In this document: piece after piece, positions 51,571 to 64,000 of the stretch
Layout: the number at the start of each line of letters is the position of its first letter
Numbering within the stretch: the first letter of the stretch is position 1
Source: Eledone cirrhosa
Taxonomy: Eukaryota
Reading direction: 5' to 3'
DNA length: 64,000 nt
Assembly (NCBI GenBank): GCA_964016885.1
Contig: OZ024750.1
Location: 12,710,001-12,774,000, forward strand
Translations under genes and position numbers: made by a program
The notes under the pieces: model-generated
Databases searched by the model: none
The model's input: only the letters and a program-made list of their open reading frames with translations
Told to the model about the DNA's origin: nothing

Positions 51571-54500
51571 TAATATTATAATAAAAAAAATCCAATCATT
51601 TTTACTGGCTCTTCAGGGTCTTTAGAGTCTAAAATAGATAAAAGAGAAATCTTACCTTGAAAAGATGTCTGTTACATGTGATGTTCCCAAAAGGTTTGGT
51701 ATTTGTTATTGTTGTTGTCTAGCACCCTTATATCAATTCTGATCCTGTGGAACTATGATCAATGGTAGCTCTGATCTGACCATCAAATTGTTGTTTTTTT
51801 TTCAGAAATGTTAACTATGTGTATATGTGTGAAATATTATTTAACCTGAGATATATTTTTTAACAATGAAAGACCTGAGATATAACATACAATGTTTCTA
51901 CCATAAACATGATAATGAAAATAGATTATAGAAGTACATATAACAGCAATAAAAATAGCAATATTTCCAGATAAGAGTTATAAACAAAGAAAAGTGAATG
52001 TATAATAAAAGGGAACCGAAAGTAGGTAAAAGGTTAAAAGCTAATAATGTATATTTTGTTGTAGACAAGCTGGAATAATTTGACTTAATATGGTTTCATT
52101 ATAGTTTAGCTTGTAGGCAATTGTTATATATTGCCTAAAAGTCCAACATATAACAATTACCAGGAATTAACAATAGACTAATTAGAGCGAGATTCATTCT
52201 AGATAAGCTGTCAGGCATAATGAAGAGAAGTCTATTGAAATATATTTGTTAACTGAGGTTGATAAAAAATTTCTATATAAGTGAGATTAATAGTTTTAAC
52301 ATCAGTCTGTTGTTAACTAACAGGTAGGAAGAAGATTAACATGATTGAGACTGTTGCAGTAAGCTGAATAAGATTTATTAACCAGTAATACACTGGGGAT
52401 TTGTGGGGGTGTAGCTGCACCACCAAAAGAATTGTTGTCAACAAATTTAGTCATTTTTGTCAGCAAATTTAGTCATTTTTATCAGAAATTATGAACGTCT
52501 GCACTCCACAAAAAATGATAGGAGCAATAAATATTCTTACACACTGGCGGTCGATTTAATTGACTTTTCTCTCCCCCTAAAACTGTGGGCCTTGTGCCAT
52601 TATTAATGTAAAGTAAAGTGTAAATGAGGTTAATCCGGATTTAATTGAACATTTACCATTTTAGGCTAAGACCTTATTATTTGAGATTAACAGAAATGGT
52701 TTAAACTATTGGAATTAATATTTATATTTACTAGACACAAAGTCCATGGTTGTTTTGAAAACTAAAATATCATTGGAAGTTTATAAAGAAGCATTTAAAG
52801 AAGTCTAAAGTCTGTCTCAAACCAGGAGGCTCATCAGACTGGTGCTTATTTTGCTTTTGTGTCCTCTTCAGGACACCAGTCCATCTTATCCTGGTTTCCT
52901 GGCATAAAGCACCTGAGAGTACAAGACTTCCCCCTGTTCAGGACACCAGTCCATCTTATCCTGGTTTCCTGGCATGAAGCAACTGAGAGTACAAGACTTC
53001 CCCCTTTTCAGGATACCAGTCGATCACAGAGTTAAACCCCAGCTATTACTGGTACTCATTTTCAGCTGACTGAAACAACATGAAATGAAGTATTTTGCTC
53101 AAGAACACAACATACAACCCATCCCAGGAATCAAACCCACAACATTATGATCGTAAGTCCAACACACTTACCACTAGGCCACATATCTCCACATATTATA
53201 GAGAAGCATGGAATACATAAACATTAATTTCTTATTTAGACACAAATCCAACAACTTTGGGAGAAGGGAGAGTCAATTAAATCAACCACAGTGCATTACT
53301 GGTACTTTATTTTATTCCCCCTGTAAAGATGAAAGGCAAAGATAACAATGACTGGATTTGAACTCAGAATGTAAAGGGATGTAACTATATACCACAAAGC
53401 ATGTTGTCCAACGCCCTATTAATACTTCTAATTCACCACTGAATAATAACATCTATGTAATGCAAGGAAACCTGTTTGTGGTGGTTCGATCTGCTTAAAA
53501 CAGAAGTGAAATCTCCCTCTTCATAACAGGAAAGACACAGGTAATGTAAGCTAGAGTAAATATAAATAGAAGACGGGATAATCAGGGTTAGAAGGCCTTT
53601 GATGATAGGTTAATACAATCAGAGCAGAGTTTGAGATGAATAAACAACATCCATATAATGTAAGACTGTGTGTCTGTAAACTTTACATTAAAACTTATCT
53701 CAGTATTTCCCTGTTTTATTTCAATAACTATATTCTGTGGCAAGAAAACAAAGAAGAAATAAAATAATCAGTATTTGATATCTGTGAAGAATAAAGTCTA
53801 GATTTTATAGGGGAAATGCATCTATAGTGATGACATCATAATAGCAATATCTCATAATAAAAGATTTTATGACAGCTTATTTTCAAACGAGGGAATAGTA
53901 AAACACATTTTCTTAAATCTGTTTGTTTTCTGAAATTACAGTGTTGTTGTTGTTGTTTTTTGTGTGTTTGTTGATGTTTTTTCTTTCTTGTTTTATTTAT
54001 TTTCCTCTTTAATTCCTGTCCCTCCTTCCCATCCCTACCTAGAAATATAAAAAGAAAAGCTATATTGTATTGTATAGCTGTCAGTTTCATGGTGATTTGC
54101 AGTTAATTAAAGTGTGAATCAACAATGAATTAAAGATGTATAATTATAATGATCCTGCTGTTATGTGTGACTTGCTAGACTTTAGTTGGGGCTGAAGAAG
54201 AAAACAACAAAACATTGACTTTTTGAAATAATAATCAAGGGAGTTATGTTAATTTGACTTGAAAATATTATTTTTTAGAAGCATTTTATAACTTCTTTGA
54301 AAATGGATTTTCGTTTTTTATACTATAATTTCTTTGATAAAATACTTGATAATTTTATTATGTTCATATAATAATGATTTTTTTTTTCTATTGATCATAT
54401 TTTTTCCTTCAAACTAAGAATCTTCAAACTGACATTAATCTTAACCTCAAATCTCTTGAGCTTATGTAACAAGCATTTAGAAATATTTATGATTCGTGTA

Positions 54501-54734
54501 AACAAACATTGAAGGAATGGTTAAAATACTTTATCAAAATCTTGTTAGGATCTAATCTTTCACATAACTTATTCATAGTATTTTATTTATACAATTCCCT
54601 TTGTATAAATCATTATATGTTGCTTCTTAATAAACAATATGTCCCATCAAAAAACAAACATATTTGTTACTTTTGTGTTACCATCATTTACTACAATATT
54701 GCAGAAAGACTTTTACCTTTATTCTAATCCTAAA

Positions 54735-55025
54735 CATCATCATTATCATCATTTTACGTCCGCTTTTCCATGCTTGCAAGGGTTGGACGGGTCCTATTCA
54801 GCACAGCCTCTCTCCACTTGTCACGGTCCTTCGTCATCTCCTCCGTGAGTTTCAGCGATCTGAGGTCTGCTCTCACCACCTCCGCCCATGTTTTTCGTGG
54901 TCTACCTCTACTGCGTCTTCTTTCTACTGGGATTTCTTGGCACTTCTTTACCCAGCGGTCATCCTCCATGCGCATCACATGTCTATACCATCTCAGTCTT
55001 CTCTCCTGCACACCACAACTTATCC
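54735..55025 (-). mobile_element. RTE-clade LINE 3' end
   Basis: QERRLRWYRHVMRMEDDRWVKK...RRSRGRPRKTWAEVVRADL...DRDKWR, with (GAT)n tail; degenerate copies at 39520-39840 and 58030-58190. Confidence 0.88.
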
Positions 55026-55241
55026 CTTAAACATTAATCATATTCTTAACCTCTAACCCTAACCCATAATTCTAAGCCCTAATCCTAACTCTGTATGTCA
55101 GAATAAAGCTCTTTATGATAAAAATATCAAAATTAACCAATGCCAATAAACATATATGTAGCCGATCTCTCAGACTTTTACGAACTGCTGACGGGATAAA
55201 GTTATTATAAAGAGTGGTCTGCTCATGCACAGAAATTCTAT

Positions 55242-55420
55242 AAAATGGCTTATAAACTAGGGAGAAGACCCTTAAAGATGGAAAAAGAAGTTTGCCTCGG
55301 ATGCTAATTGAAAGCACCCAGCCGATATCTGGGAGATATGGGATTCAATTTCTCATAGCATCCGATGGCAACTTCTTTTTCCACCTTTAAGGGTTTTCAC
55401 CCTATTTTATAAGCTATTTT
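55242..55420. mobile_element. Foldback element with ~65-bp imperfect inverted arms
   Basis: AAAATGGCTTATAAACTAGGG...TCGGATGCTA pairs with TAGCATCCGA...CCCTATTTTATAAGCTATTTT. Confidence 0.7.
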
Positions 55421-56578
55421 GCATAAAAGTCTTGATGTAATATAGTGAACCTTATCTATCAGTAATGTAAAACTGATGAGGATGGCATACCTTCAGGAGG
55501 CTTCTATGGTTATAAAAAGAAAGTACATCTTATTCTCTATCTTTCAGTAGATCCCTTCATTGTTAAAATCCCCAATAGAAACATAATTTAAACTAGAAAA
55601 AAAACCTCCCCATAAAAATGTTTGCCTTGATTGTTATTTCTTTTGTGTGACTTAACCCTTTATCATTTACATTACTCTTTGATATTATCTATTTTGAGAA
55701 CAAAACCTTAACATCAGTATGAGTGGCCGAGTACAGCCGGTTTGAACAAAAAGAGATGAGAGAATTCTGGCCGGATATGGTTGGTTTAAATGCTAACAGG
55801 TTAACAGCTGCTATTCTACATATATTAAGACCACATCCCTATGTTTATCTGGGTTCATGCCATGCTTACAATTTAGACTATTTATGCTCAAAGAAAATAT
55901 ATATTGCCATTAAAATACCATAACTTATAAACTGTCTTTATAAATATGTTTTAATTGTAAACCCACTTTTGTATTTCCTGTTTAAATAAAGCAAATTGAT
56001 GACAAAGGATATACAATTTTCTTTCAGGAAGTGGATTATTTACAAAGATATAAATGGTGGTGATGATGGGGATGGTGATGATGACAATAATGGTGATGAT
56101 GATGATGGTGAGGTTAATGAGGATGGTGATGGTGATGATAAGGATGATGAGTAGAATGAGGATGATGGTGATGGTGATGTTGAGGATGGTGATGATGATA
56201 ATATACTTCTAAGAACTATGTTTCAATATTGACTCATTATCCCTTCCTTCAACATATCAAATACAAATGTTTTCTTTGTATTTGTCTCCGGCTATTTCAT
56301 TTCAACTTACATACCAGTTCACCACTACTAACATACCAGTTCACCAACTAGCTCAACCCTACCAACATACACTCTCATCATTGTCATTTACTTCTAGTAA
56401 GAGATGCTATTGCAGTCTGTTAAAGAAAAATTATTAGAGCCAGTGATAAAACAATCATTTATAATTGTTCTATAAAGGAGTTGATACTTAACATACTCTA
56501 TTGCAAATCCTCAGAATCAGGTTTAATACTAACTAAAATATTTTTTTGTTTAGAACCCTTTTCTATCTTTAGTTAATC

Positions 56579-56819
56579 CAGTGGCATGCAGAGCTCTGGT
56601 GATGACTGGGGAAAATCTTGATTGTATGCCCCAAAGACTCAAGTATAAGGCCTAATATATTGAAAAATAATATGAGAAAGGAAAACATTTTGAATATATA
56701 AACACAGATGGAACATGAAATAAACGCTTTATTCGATTTTGAAATAAACCAATCAAATTTATTAAATTCTTTTCCCCAAAGGATGCCTGGGGCAACCCCC
56801 CCCCCCCCGAACGCTACTG
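56579..56819. mobile_element. hAT-type MITE
   Basis: Termini CAGTGGCA ... CGCTACTG flanked by a perfect 8-bp TSD AGTTAATC. Confidence 0.75.
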
Positions 56820-58185
56820 AGTTAATCTAATATAGCTTTAATAGATCCTCATTGTTCAATGGTTTTAAGATATAACCAATGATTTAATAGACCTTCACTG
56901 ATCAATGATATAACCCATGCTCAAAGAAAAATTTGGTGCAATTTTTAATAATTTGTCATAAGGACATTATTACATTTTACACAAATTGATCCTATTTTGC
57001 TCGCTTTAAAACATTTTTCCTATCATTTATATGTTTACAATAATTCCTAGTCTTCTGAAGAAACTTGCTTCAAACCAAATTTGTTTGAATTATATTTTAT
57101 TCATCAAACCTTTTTCTAAACAATTCTTTCTCTTTTTTTCTTTCAGATCTTTAACAGTGTATCCAATTTTCTATAACCTTGCTTACTTATTTTGTAAACA
57201 TATTTTCCATACAATAATCTAATCTACCCAACAATTTCTTGTTTCTTATTGAAAGTCTTTTCTTAATGAAAGTCTTTAGAAGCATGTATTGTGTTGTATA
57301 AAAGTAAATGACAAACATCTTCCTGTAATTGCTTAGTCATTTAGTTTATTTACAATCTACAAGTAACCACCAAGGGATCAGACTATATGTATGTCGTTTG
57401 GGGTTGCCAGTTGTATTAAATAACATTGTAATAATAAAAAAAAGATTTACAGATAAGAGTTAGCCAATTAATGAAATCTCGTTAGGTGTTCATGGTGTAT
57501 GAAACAACTTGCAGAACATTTAAGATAAGCTGTCAAATATATGAGACAGTTTGTTGTATCAGCAAATGAGTTTCTTTTTGAGATATTAAGAAGCTGCCAC
57601 AACATTTTACAAGCATGAAGGCAGGGAATAGTTCATATATATTAAATTTAGCTTTCTTTTGTTAATTTTTGTCTTATTTCTTAATATTCTTTATTCCAAT
57701 TCTTGTTTGCTCTGATATAAACCCTGATATTGTGTTATGGAGGAGACATAATCTAGAATTTTGTTTTCAGATTTGATCTAACTGATCTTCGAAATGCCTC
57801 TCACACTATCATACGTTTTTTTTTCTTTACTAATTATCTTTACCACATCATAGACCAATGTTGTAAAGAAAAAATATAGATACTGTTTGTTATAAAGTTG
57901 ATAAAAATAACTCTATTGCTTTCTAACTCATTTAAACAAACATAGTGTCAACAAACTATATTATTGTATTTTTTACAAGCTAATGAGGGAGTCTCTATGC
58001 AGTAAGTCAATCTGTTAGAAACAGCAACCAATAGAGGAAGGCCAAGGGAAATCTGGGCAGAAGTAGTGAGAGAAGATCCCAAAAAGCTGAACCTTATAGA
58101 GGAGAGTAGATGACAAAGGAAGGAGGGTGGCTGTGCTGGAAAAGACCCGTCCAACCCATGCAAGCATGAAAAAACTGATGTAGAA

Positions 58186-58242
<57 letters not shown>

Positions 58243-58354
58243 GTGATGGTGTAAGGTTTTGTATTTATTCATAGTTAAATCTTTTAACAAGTAAAATACT
58301 TTTCTTCTTTCTCTGTGTTTCGAAATGATTCCTCAATTTCAACCCCTTTGATAT

Positions 58355-58660
58355 CAAACCACTTGAAACCACTCCTAGTTTTACAACACAGAACTATTTA
58401 TTTAAAGTGTTTATATTTATCTAAAAACCTACCATCATAATTTTATGTGAAACCCTTTCTTAAGTTATGTTCCAAACCACTTAAAACCACTCCTGGTTTT
58501 ACAACACAGAACTTTATTTTCAAGTATTTATATTTATCTAAAAATCTTCCATCATAATTTAATGTGAGAACCTTTGTTAAGTTATGTTCCAAACCACTTG
58601 AAACCACCCCTGGTTCTACAACACAGAACTATTTATTTTAAAGTGTTTATATTTATCTAA
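58355..58660. repeat. ~115-bp tandem repeat (3 copies) inside an element ending AAAAGGG|TTAA
   Basis: CAAACCACTTGAAACCACTCCTGGTTTTACAACACAGAAC repeated three times. Confidence 0.75.
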
Positions 58661-58938
58661 AACTGTTTATTTAAAAATCCTCTCATCTTAATTTCATGTA
58701 AGAATCTTTGTTAAGTTTATATTCTAGACACAAGTTTAATAATACGAAAGTTATATTACTTCAAATCACTGAAGTCTTCTCTACAGAAATATGGAAACAA
58801 AAGGGTTAATGTACTCTCTATTAATCTCACCATGGCATTAAGATCCCGACAGCTGCTACCATCAGCGTCAGCATAGAAAAGTTTATTGTAAAACTATGTG
58901 CATTGTTAAGAATATTCATTCAATATATTCATTATATA

Positions 58939-59039
58939 CAGGTTGTCCTCCAAAAATGTATACACACCTCAACAGCATTCTAATAGATATTGCCTGCGCA
59001 GATAATCAAAGTGTATATACATTTATTTGTGACACCCTG
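58939..59039. mobile_element. Short Tc1/mariner-type MITE
   Basis: TA|CAGGTTGTC..AATGTATACACAC ... GTGTATATACATT..GACACCCTG|TA. Confidence 0.65.
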
Positions 59040-59326
59040 TATTATATATTTAAAGAATGTTATTAATTATATTATTCTGCTCTCGTCTACACATGTGATG
59101 CTTCAGACAAATGCTATCATAACTGTGGAATGATATCAGATATAATCTATTACACACAGATACACACACATACATACACAACATTGGAATGATATCAGAT
59201 ATAATCTATTACACACACAACATCTAGAATATTTATAAGATATCTATATATTATCCGTAAGTCAATGGAATGATAAATAAATATTTGCAATTAAGTGGTA
59301 TAAACATACTAATATATATATATATA

Positions 59327-59681
59327 CTAGCAGATTTACCCGGCGTTGCTTGGGTTTGAAATTATGCTAAGAATATACAGCTAGGAAGTAAAAGAAGAAC
59401 ATTATTTGTCCCCAACCTGTCAAAATAAGCAGTCTCTTTATAAGGGTTGTCAATAAAGTTGGTTATCCCCCTTACATCAATTTTACTACCGATAATTTTG
59501 ATATCGATTTTTTATTGCTCAACGTGGGTCGATTGGAAAAATGTTTGTGATGTGACCATCTTAGTGACCTGTGCAACGTGCACAGACAATTTGGTCAAAT
59601 TCGGTTGGTAATTGTAATAGCCTTAGGTATCCAAAGTTGTACACAAACACACACACATCCTTGCTTTTACATATATAAAGA
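59327..59681 (-). mobile_element. Non-autonomous Helitron
   Basis: Minus strand starts A|TCTTTATATAT and ends with hairpin ACCCAAGCAACGCCGGGT then CTAG|T. Confidence 0.72.
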
Positions 59682-60232
59682 TATATATATATATATATAT
59701 ATATAAAGTTATATATATATATATAAAGTTATATATATAGGTGATTCAGTGATTTACAGGTGATGATATCACTATGAAGACTCGATGTACAGGTAGAGTA
59801 TATATATTAAAAAAAGAACAAAGTCTTATTTACATGCTTTTTGATGAATCGCCAAGTCTGACGAGAGGATTGATGCTGGAGTTGGAAACGGTTCTGTATA
59901 AGCAAGATATGGTCAGCTGACCTGGCTTGTTTTACAACGGGACAACTCATCTAACCCATGTTAGCATGGAAAAATGGACGTTAACCTATGATGATGAGGA
60001 TGATAAGCTGATAATGATGAATATATTTAAAATTATTAACAATTATATAATTCATTTTAATAATTATCAAATCAGAACACAGAACACAAAATATCTTAAA
60101 AATTTTTTTAATCATAAAATGTTTGAAAAAAAAAACAAAAAAAAAAATTACAGGGTAAGGTTTAAATGGAAAACAAATTATTTTGAACAACTGAATGGTA
60201 AAATATATATAAATATATATATATATATATAT

Positions 60233-60270
<38 letters not shown>

Positions 60271-60490
60271 GGGAAATTATCCAAATTGAAATTTATAACT
60301 TTCAAACCATGACTTGGTATAACTGCTTCATTCCGTTTTCTTTCCTGTGAGGGGAAATAGAAAGAAAAAAGACAGCCAGAAAATCACATCTGATAGAATC
60401 ATTAAATAGAATATATACAGATTCTAGAAATGTTATTACTTGATCCAGATGAATAAATCTTTAACATTATTATCAGTTTAAACTTCTAGC

Positions 60491-61087
60491 TTGTGTATTT
60501 ATTGTGTATATATTGTGTATATATTGTGTGTATTTATTGTGTATATATTGTGTATATATTGTGTATATTATGTGTATATATTGTGTATATATTGTATATA
60601 TATATTGTGTATATATTGTGTATGTATTGTGTATATATTGTGTATATATTTTATATATTGTGTATATATTGTGTATATATTGTGTGTATTTATTGTGTAT
60701 TTATTGTGTATATATTGTGTATATATTGTGTATATTATGTGTATATATTGTGTATATATTGTATATATACATTGTGTATATATTGTGTATATATTGTGTA
60801 TATATTGTGTGTATTTATTGTGTATATATGGTATATATATATTGTGTATATATTGTGTATATATTGTGTATGTATTGTGTATATATTGTGTATATATCGT
60901 GTATATATTGTGTATATATTGTATATATTGTGTGTATATTGTGTATATATTGTATATATTGTGTACATATTGTATATATTGTGTATATATTGTGTATATA
61001 TTGTGTATATATTGTGTGTATATTGTGTATATATTGTGTACATATTGTGTACATATTGTATGTATGTAGTGTATATATTTTGTATAT
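60491..61087. repeat. 11-bp (TATATTGTGTA)n satellite
   Basis: Degenerate tandem array; source of six spurious C/I/Y/V ORFs. Confidence 0.95.
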
Positions 61088-61164
61088 TTCCAAAATAACA
61101 AAGAACAAATTGAAATGTCATCTTTAATAGATTATTTCAAATAAACCACATCTGTTAGCTTTCT

Positions 61165-61646
<482 letters not shown>

Positions 61647-62182
61647 TTTAAAGTAAGAATCAACCTCAGTACTAAACTGGTACTATTTTTATCAACCTCA
61701 AATGGATGAAAGGCAAAGTTGACCGTGGCAGGATTTGAACTGAGAGAGCAGACAGCTAGAACAAATACTATCATCATCATCATTCAGCAGCCTCAGCTGA
61801 AATTAACTCAACAATTGATCTCCACGTGTGTCTGTCATTCATTGCTGTTACCAAATCCTGGATTTCAATAGCAGAATCTCTGGAGATGACCTCAGAATAG
61901 GAGAGCTTGTTCCCCCTGTTATTTTGTGACTGCTTGCAAATACAGTGAAGTACTCTACTCCCTATTCTAATGACACTGCTTATCTGCTGCTTATATATAT
62001 AAAATGATGGAATAAAACACTAAATTTGAGAAATTCAGATATTTACTTGATGGATATTGGTTTCTGATTTAGACACAAGGCCTAACAATTTTAGGGGAGG
62101 AGAAAGTCGATTAAATCGACACCAGTGTGTTACTGGTACTTTATTTTACACACACACACACACATATATATTCATTTCATTT

Positions 62183-62511
62183 TCATTTTACGTCCGCTTT
62201 TTCCCTGCTTGCAAGGGTGGGACAGGAACTGATTCTGGCTTGATTTTTACAGCTGGATGCCCTTCCTAACACCAACCTCATTTACAGTGAGTGCTGGGTG
62301 CTTTTGTTGCCATGGCACCTCCACGACCACTTTGCAGTGGAATGATAGGGACGCCAGTCCCTATCATCTCATTTCTACAGCTGAGTAAACTGGAGCAATG
62401 TGAAATAAAGTGTCTTGCTCAAGGAAACAACACATCACCCGGTCTGAGAATTGAACTCACAACCTTTCGATTGCAAGGCCAATGCTCTAACCACTAAGCC
62501 ATGTGCCTCCA
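62183..62511 (-). mobile_element. SINE family B, full length
   Basis: Near-identical to 11168-11503. Confidence 0.88.
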
Positions 62512-62902
62512 TATATATATATATATAACTAAGGAGTGTAACATGCAGTTACTGTAGGTTCACCCGAGTGACCACTTGATGCATAGTTTCCAGTCTGTAA
62601 AGAGGTGTAGATCTAAGCTGAGTGTAAATATAGTAATAAAAGGACGATTTGTTATATCTTCATTACATTTATAGAGTAGTGACACATGTTTCACTATTGA
62701 TCAGCTCAAGGTTCGAGCTGTATTGATCTAGCCTGACCCATAAAGATGAAATGCAAAGCTAACTTCGGCGAGATTTTGAACTGAGATCATAAAGGGGTGT
62801 AACTCTATGCCACAAAGCATGTTGTTTGATGCTCTACCGATTACTGCCAAGCCATCACCCCTGAGTTGATAGATATTGTCAATAATAAAGATAATTACTT
62901 AC

Positions 62903-63062
62903 CTCTTACTATTAATACACATTGTGTTTCTGTGATAGTTCCATCACTTTCAGTTGCTATACATGAATAAATTCCTGAGTCACTGCTTTGAACATCTTTT
63001 ATATGTAGGGTCAAATTCCCACTGTCATCAGTGATCAGTTTTCTGCGTTTATCTTTTGTAAT
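62903..63062 (-). CDS. Exon of Ig I-set repeat protein: C-terminal part of an Ig domain (most 5' exon in the window)
   Basis: tttctgtttctAG|ATT ACA ... GTA AGA G|GTaagt; reads ITKDKRRKLITDDSGNLTLHIKDVQSSDSGIYSCIATESDGTITETQCVLIVR (LxI..V...DSGxYxC); phase 0 in, phase 1 out. Confidence 0.92.
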
Positions 63063-63470
63063 CTAGAAACAGAAATTTACACAATTGTTATATTTAGAAA
63101 ATATCCCTAATGAGAAAGTCAGATTCAGTATTGAGAGGAATTTCTCTTAGAAGCTTTAATCTGGAATATTTCATTTCTTATAACTATTTTATTGGGGAGC
63201 AGTATATTAATTAAATGTTCTTTAATCATAAATTTTCATTACTTTCATAGATTTTACAGGGATTCAACTGAATTTATTTTTTGGATTAAATATTAAAGCC
63301 ATTACAATGCTTCCACATAGTTCTATGTCTCTCTCTTTCCAACTACACACACATACACATACACACACATATATACTTGTGAGAATTTGGTAAACAGAAA
63401 CTATGTAAAAAGCCCATCACATATATATCTGTGAGAACCTATATACATATATGTCATCATCATATGTGGT

Positions 63471-63533
<63 letters not shown>

Positions 63534-64000
63534 TATATATTTACCTTTTTGCCCATTTTCTTCCATTCTACTTTAACAATGTAGCGTATAACACAAGTCA
63601 TTTTCATTTCCTCACCAATCTGAGCTTCCAAAAGCCTAGGAAGTTCTTTTACAAATACTGGAGGGAATTGTCTGTAAGAGTTTTAATATTTAGACACATT
63701 TTAATACATTTTAATACACATTTTAATTTGTTACTTATAAACAGAAATAACATATAATTTCTTTAATAAGACATTTGTATAAAACGAGGAAAAAGTGAGA
63801 GAAGATCCAAACACACAATCACATACCACAACAAATCCCTCTATTAATTTTATCAGTAAATTTTTTTTTAGCCTCTGGTGTTTGAGAAATTTTTGGGGAG
63901 CTGGGCCCTCAATAATCAGGCTCTTATCATTGTTGGCAGCTTGGCTTACCAATGTATCAGGTAATGCCTGTGGGGGGTGGTTGGATATTTCAGTGCCTTA

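Noticed and set aside
51656-51720. Strong minus-strand donor CAAG|GTAAGA
   Set aside because: The phase-1 frame has a TAA a few codons upstream and no compatible acceptor or ATG; could only be non-coding.
59857-59900. CTGACGA...GAAACGGTTCTGTA as a hammerhead
   Set aside because: No stem II pairing; the 3' part belongs to a SINE B-type tail fragment.
60491-61127. Six long ORFs rich in C/I/Y/V or Y/T/I/H
   Set aside because: Translation artefacts of an 11-bp satellite that lacks stop codons.

Overview
AT-rich, repeat-dense eukaryotic DNA whose SINE, LINE and microsatellite repertoire looks like an octopod cephalopod (inference from repeat families). The window lies inside one large minus-strand gene encoding tandem Ig I-set domains of the titin/twitchin/obscurin(UNC-89)/MLCK type; I cannot name the gene. 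Reconstructed exons in transcript order are 63062-62903 (Ig C-half), a 25-nt microexon at 13116-13092, 5772-5580 (Ig N-half) and 151-22 (Ig C-half), with consistent splice phases. The ~50-kb intron holds at least two alternative first coding exons that end in phase-1 donors fitting the microexon: 33818-33602 and 21179-20414, the latter Ser/Arg-rich with tandem RRxS PKA-type motifs. Several short elements contain type I hammerhead ribozyme folds typical of Penelope-like elements (29754-29814, 31047-31143, 35669-35719, 49926-49976), three of them in the host's sense orientation around the internal promoter region. The remainder is two tRNA-type SINE families, RTE and CR1 LINE remnants, piggyBac-, Tc1- and hAT-type MITEs, a non-autonomous Helitron and mini/microsatellites. 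Most ORFs in the supplied track are spurious.
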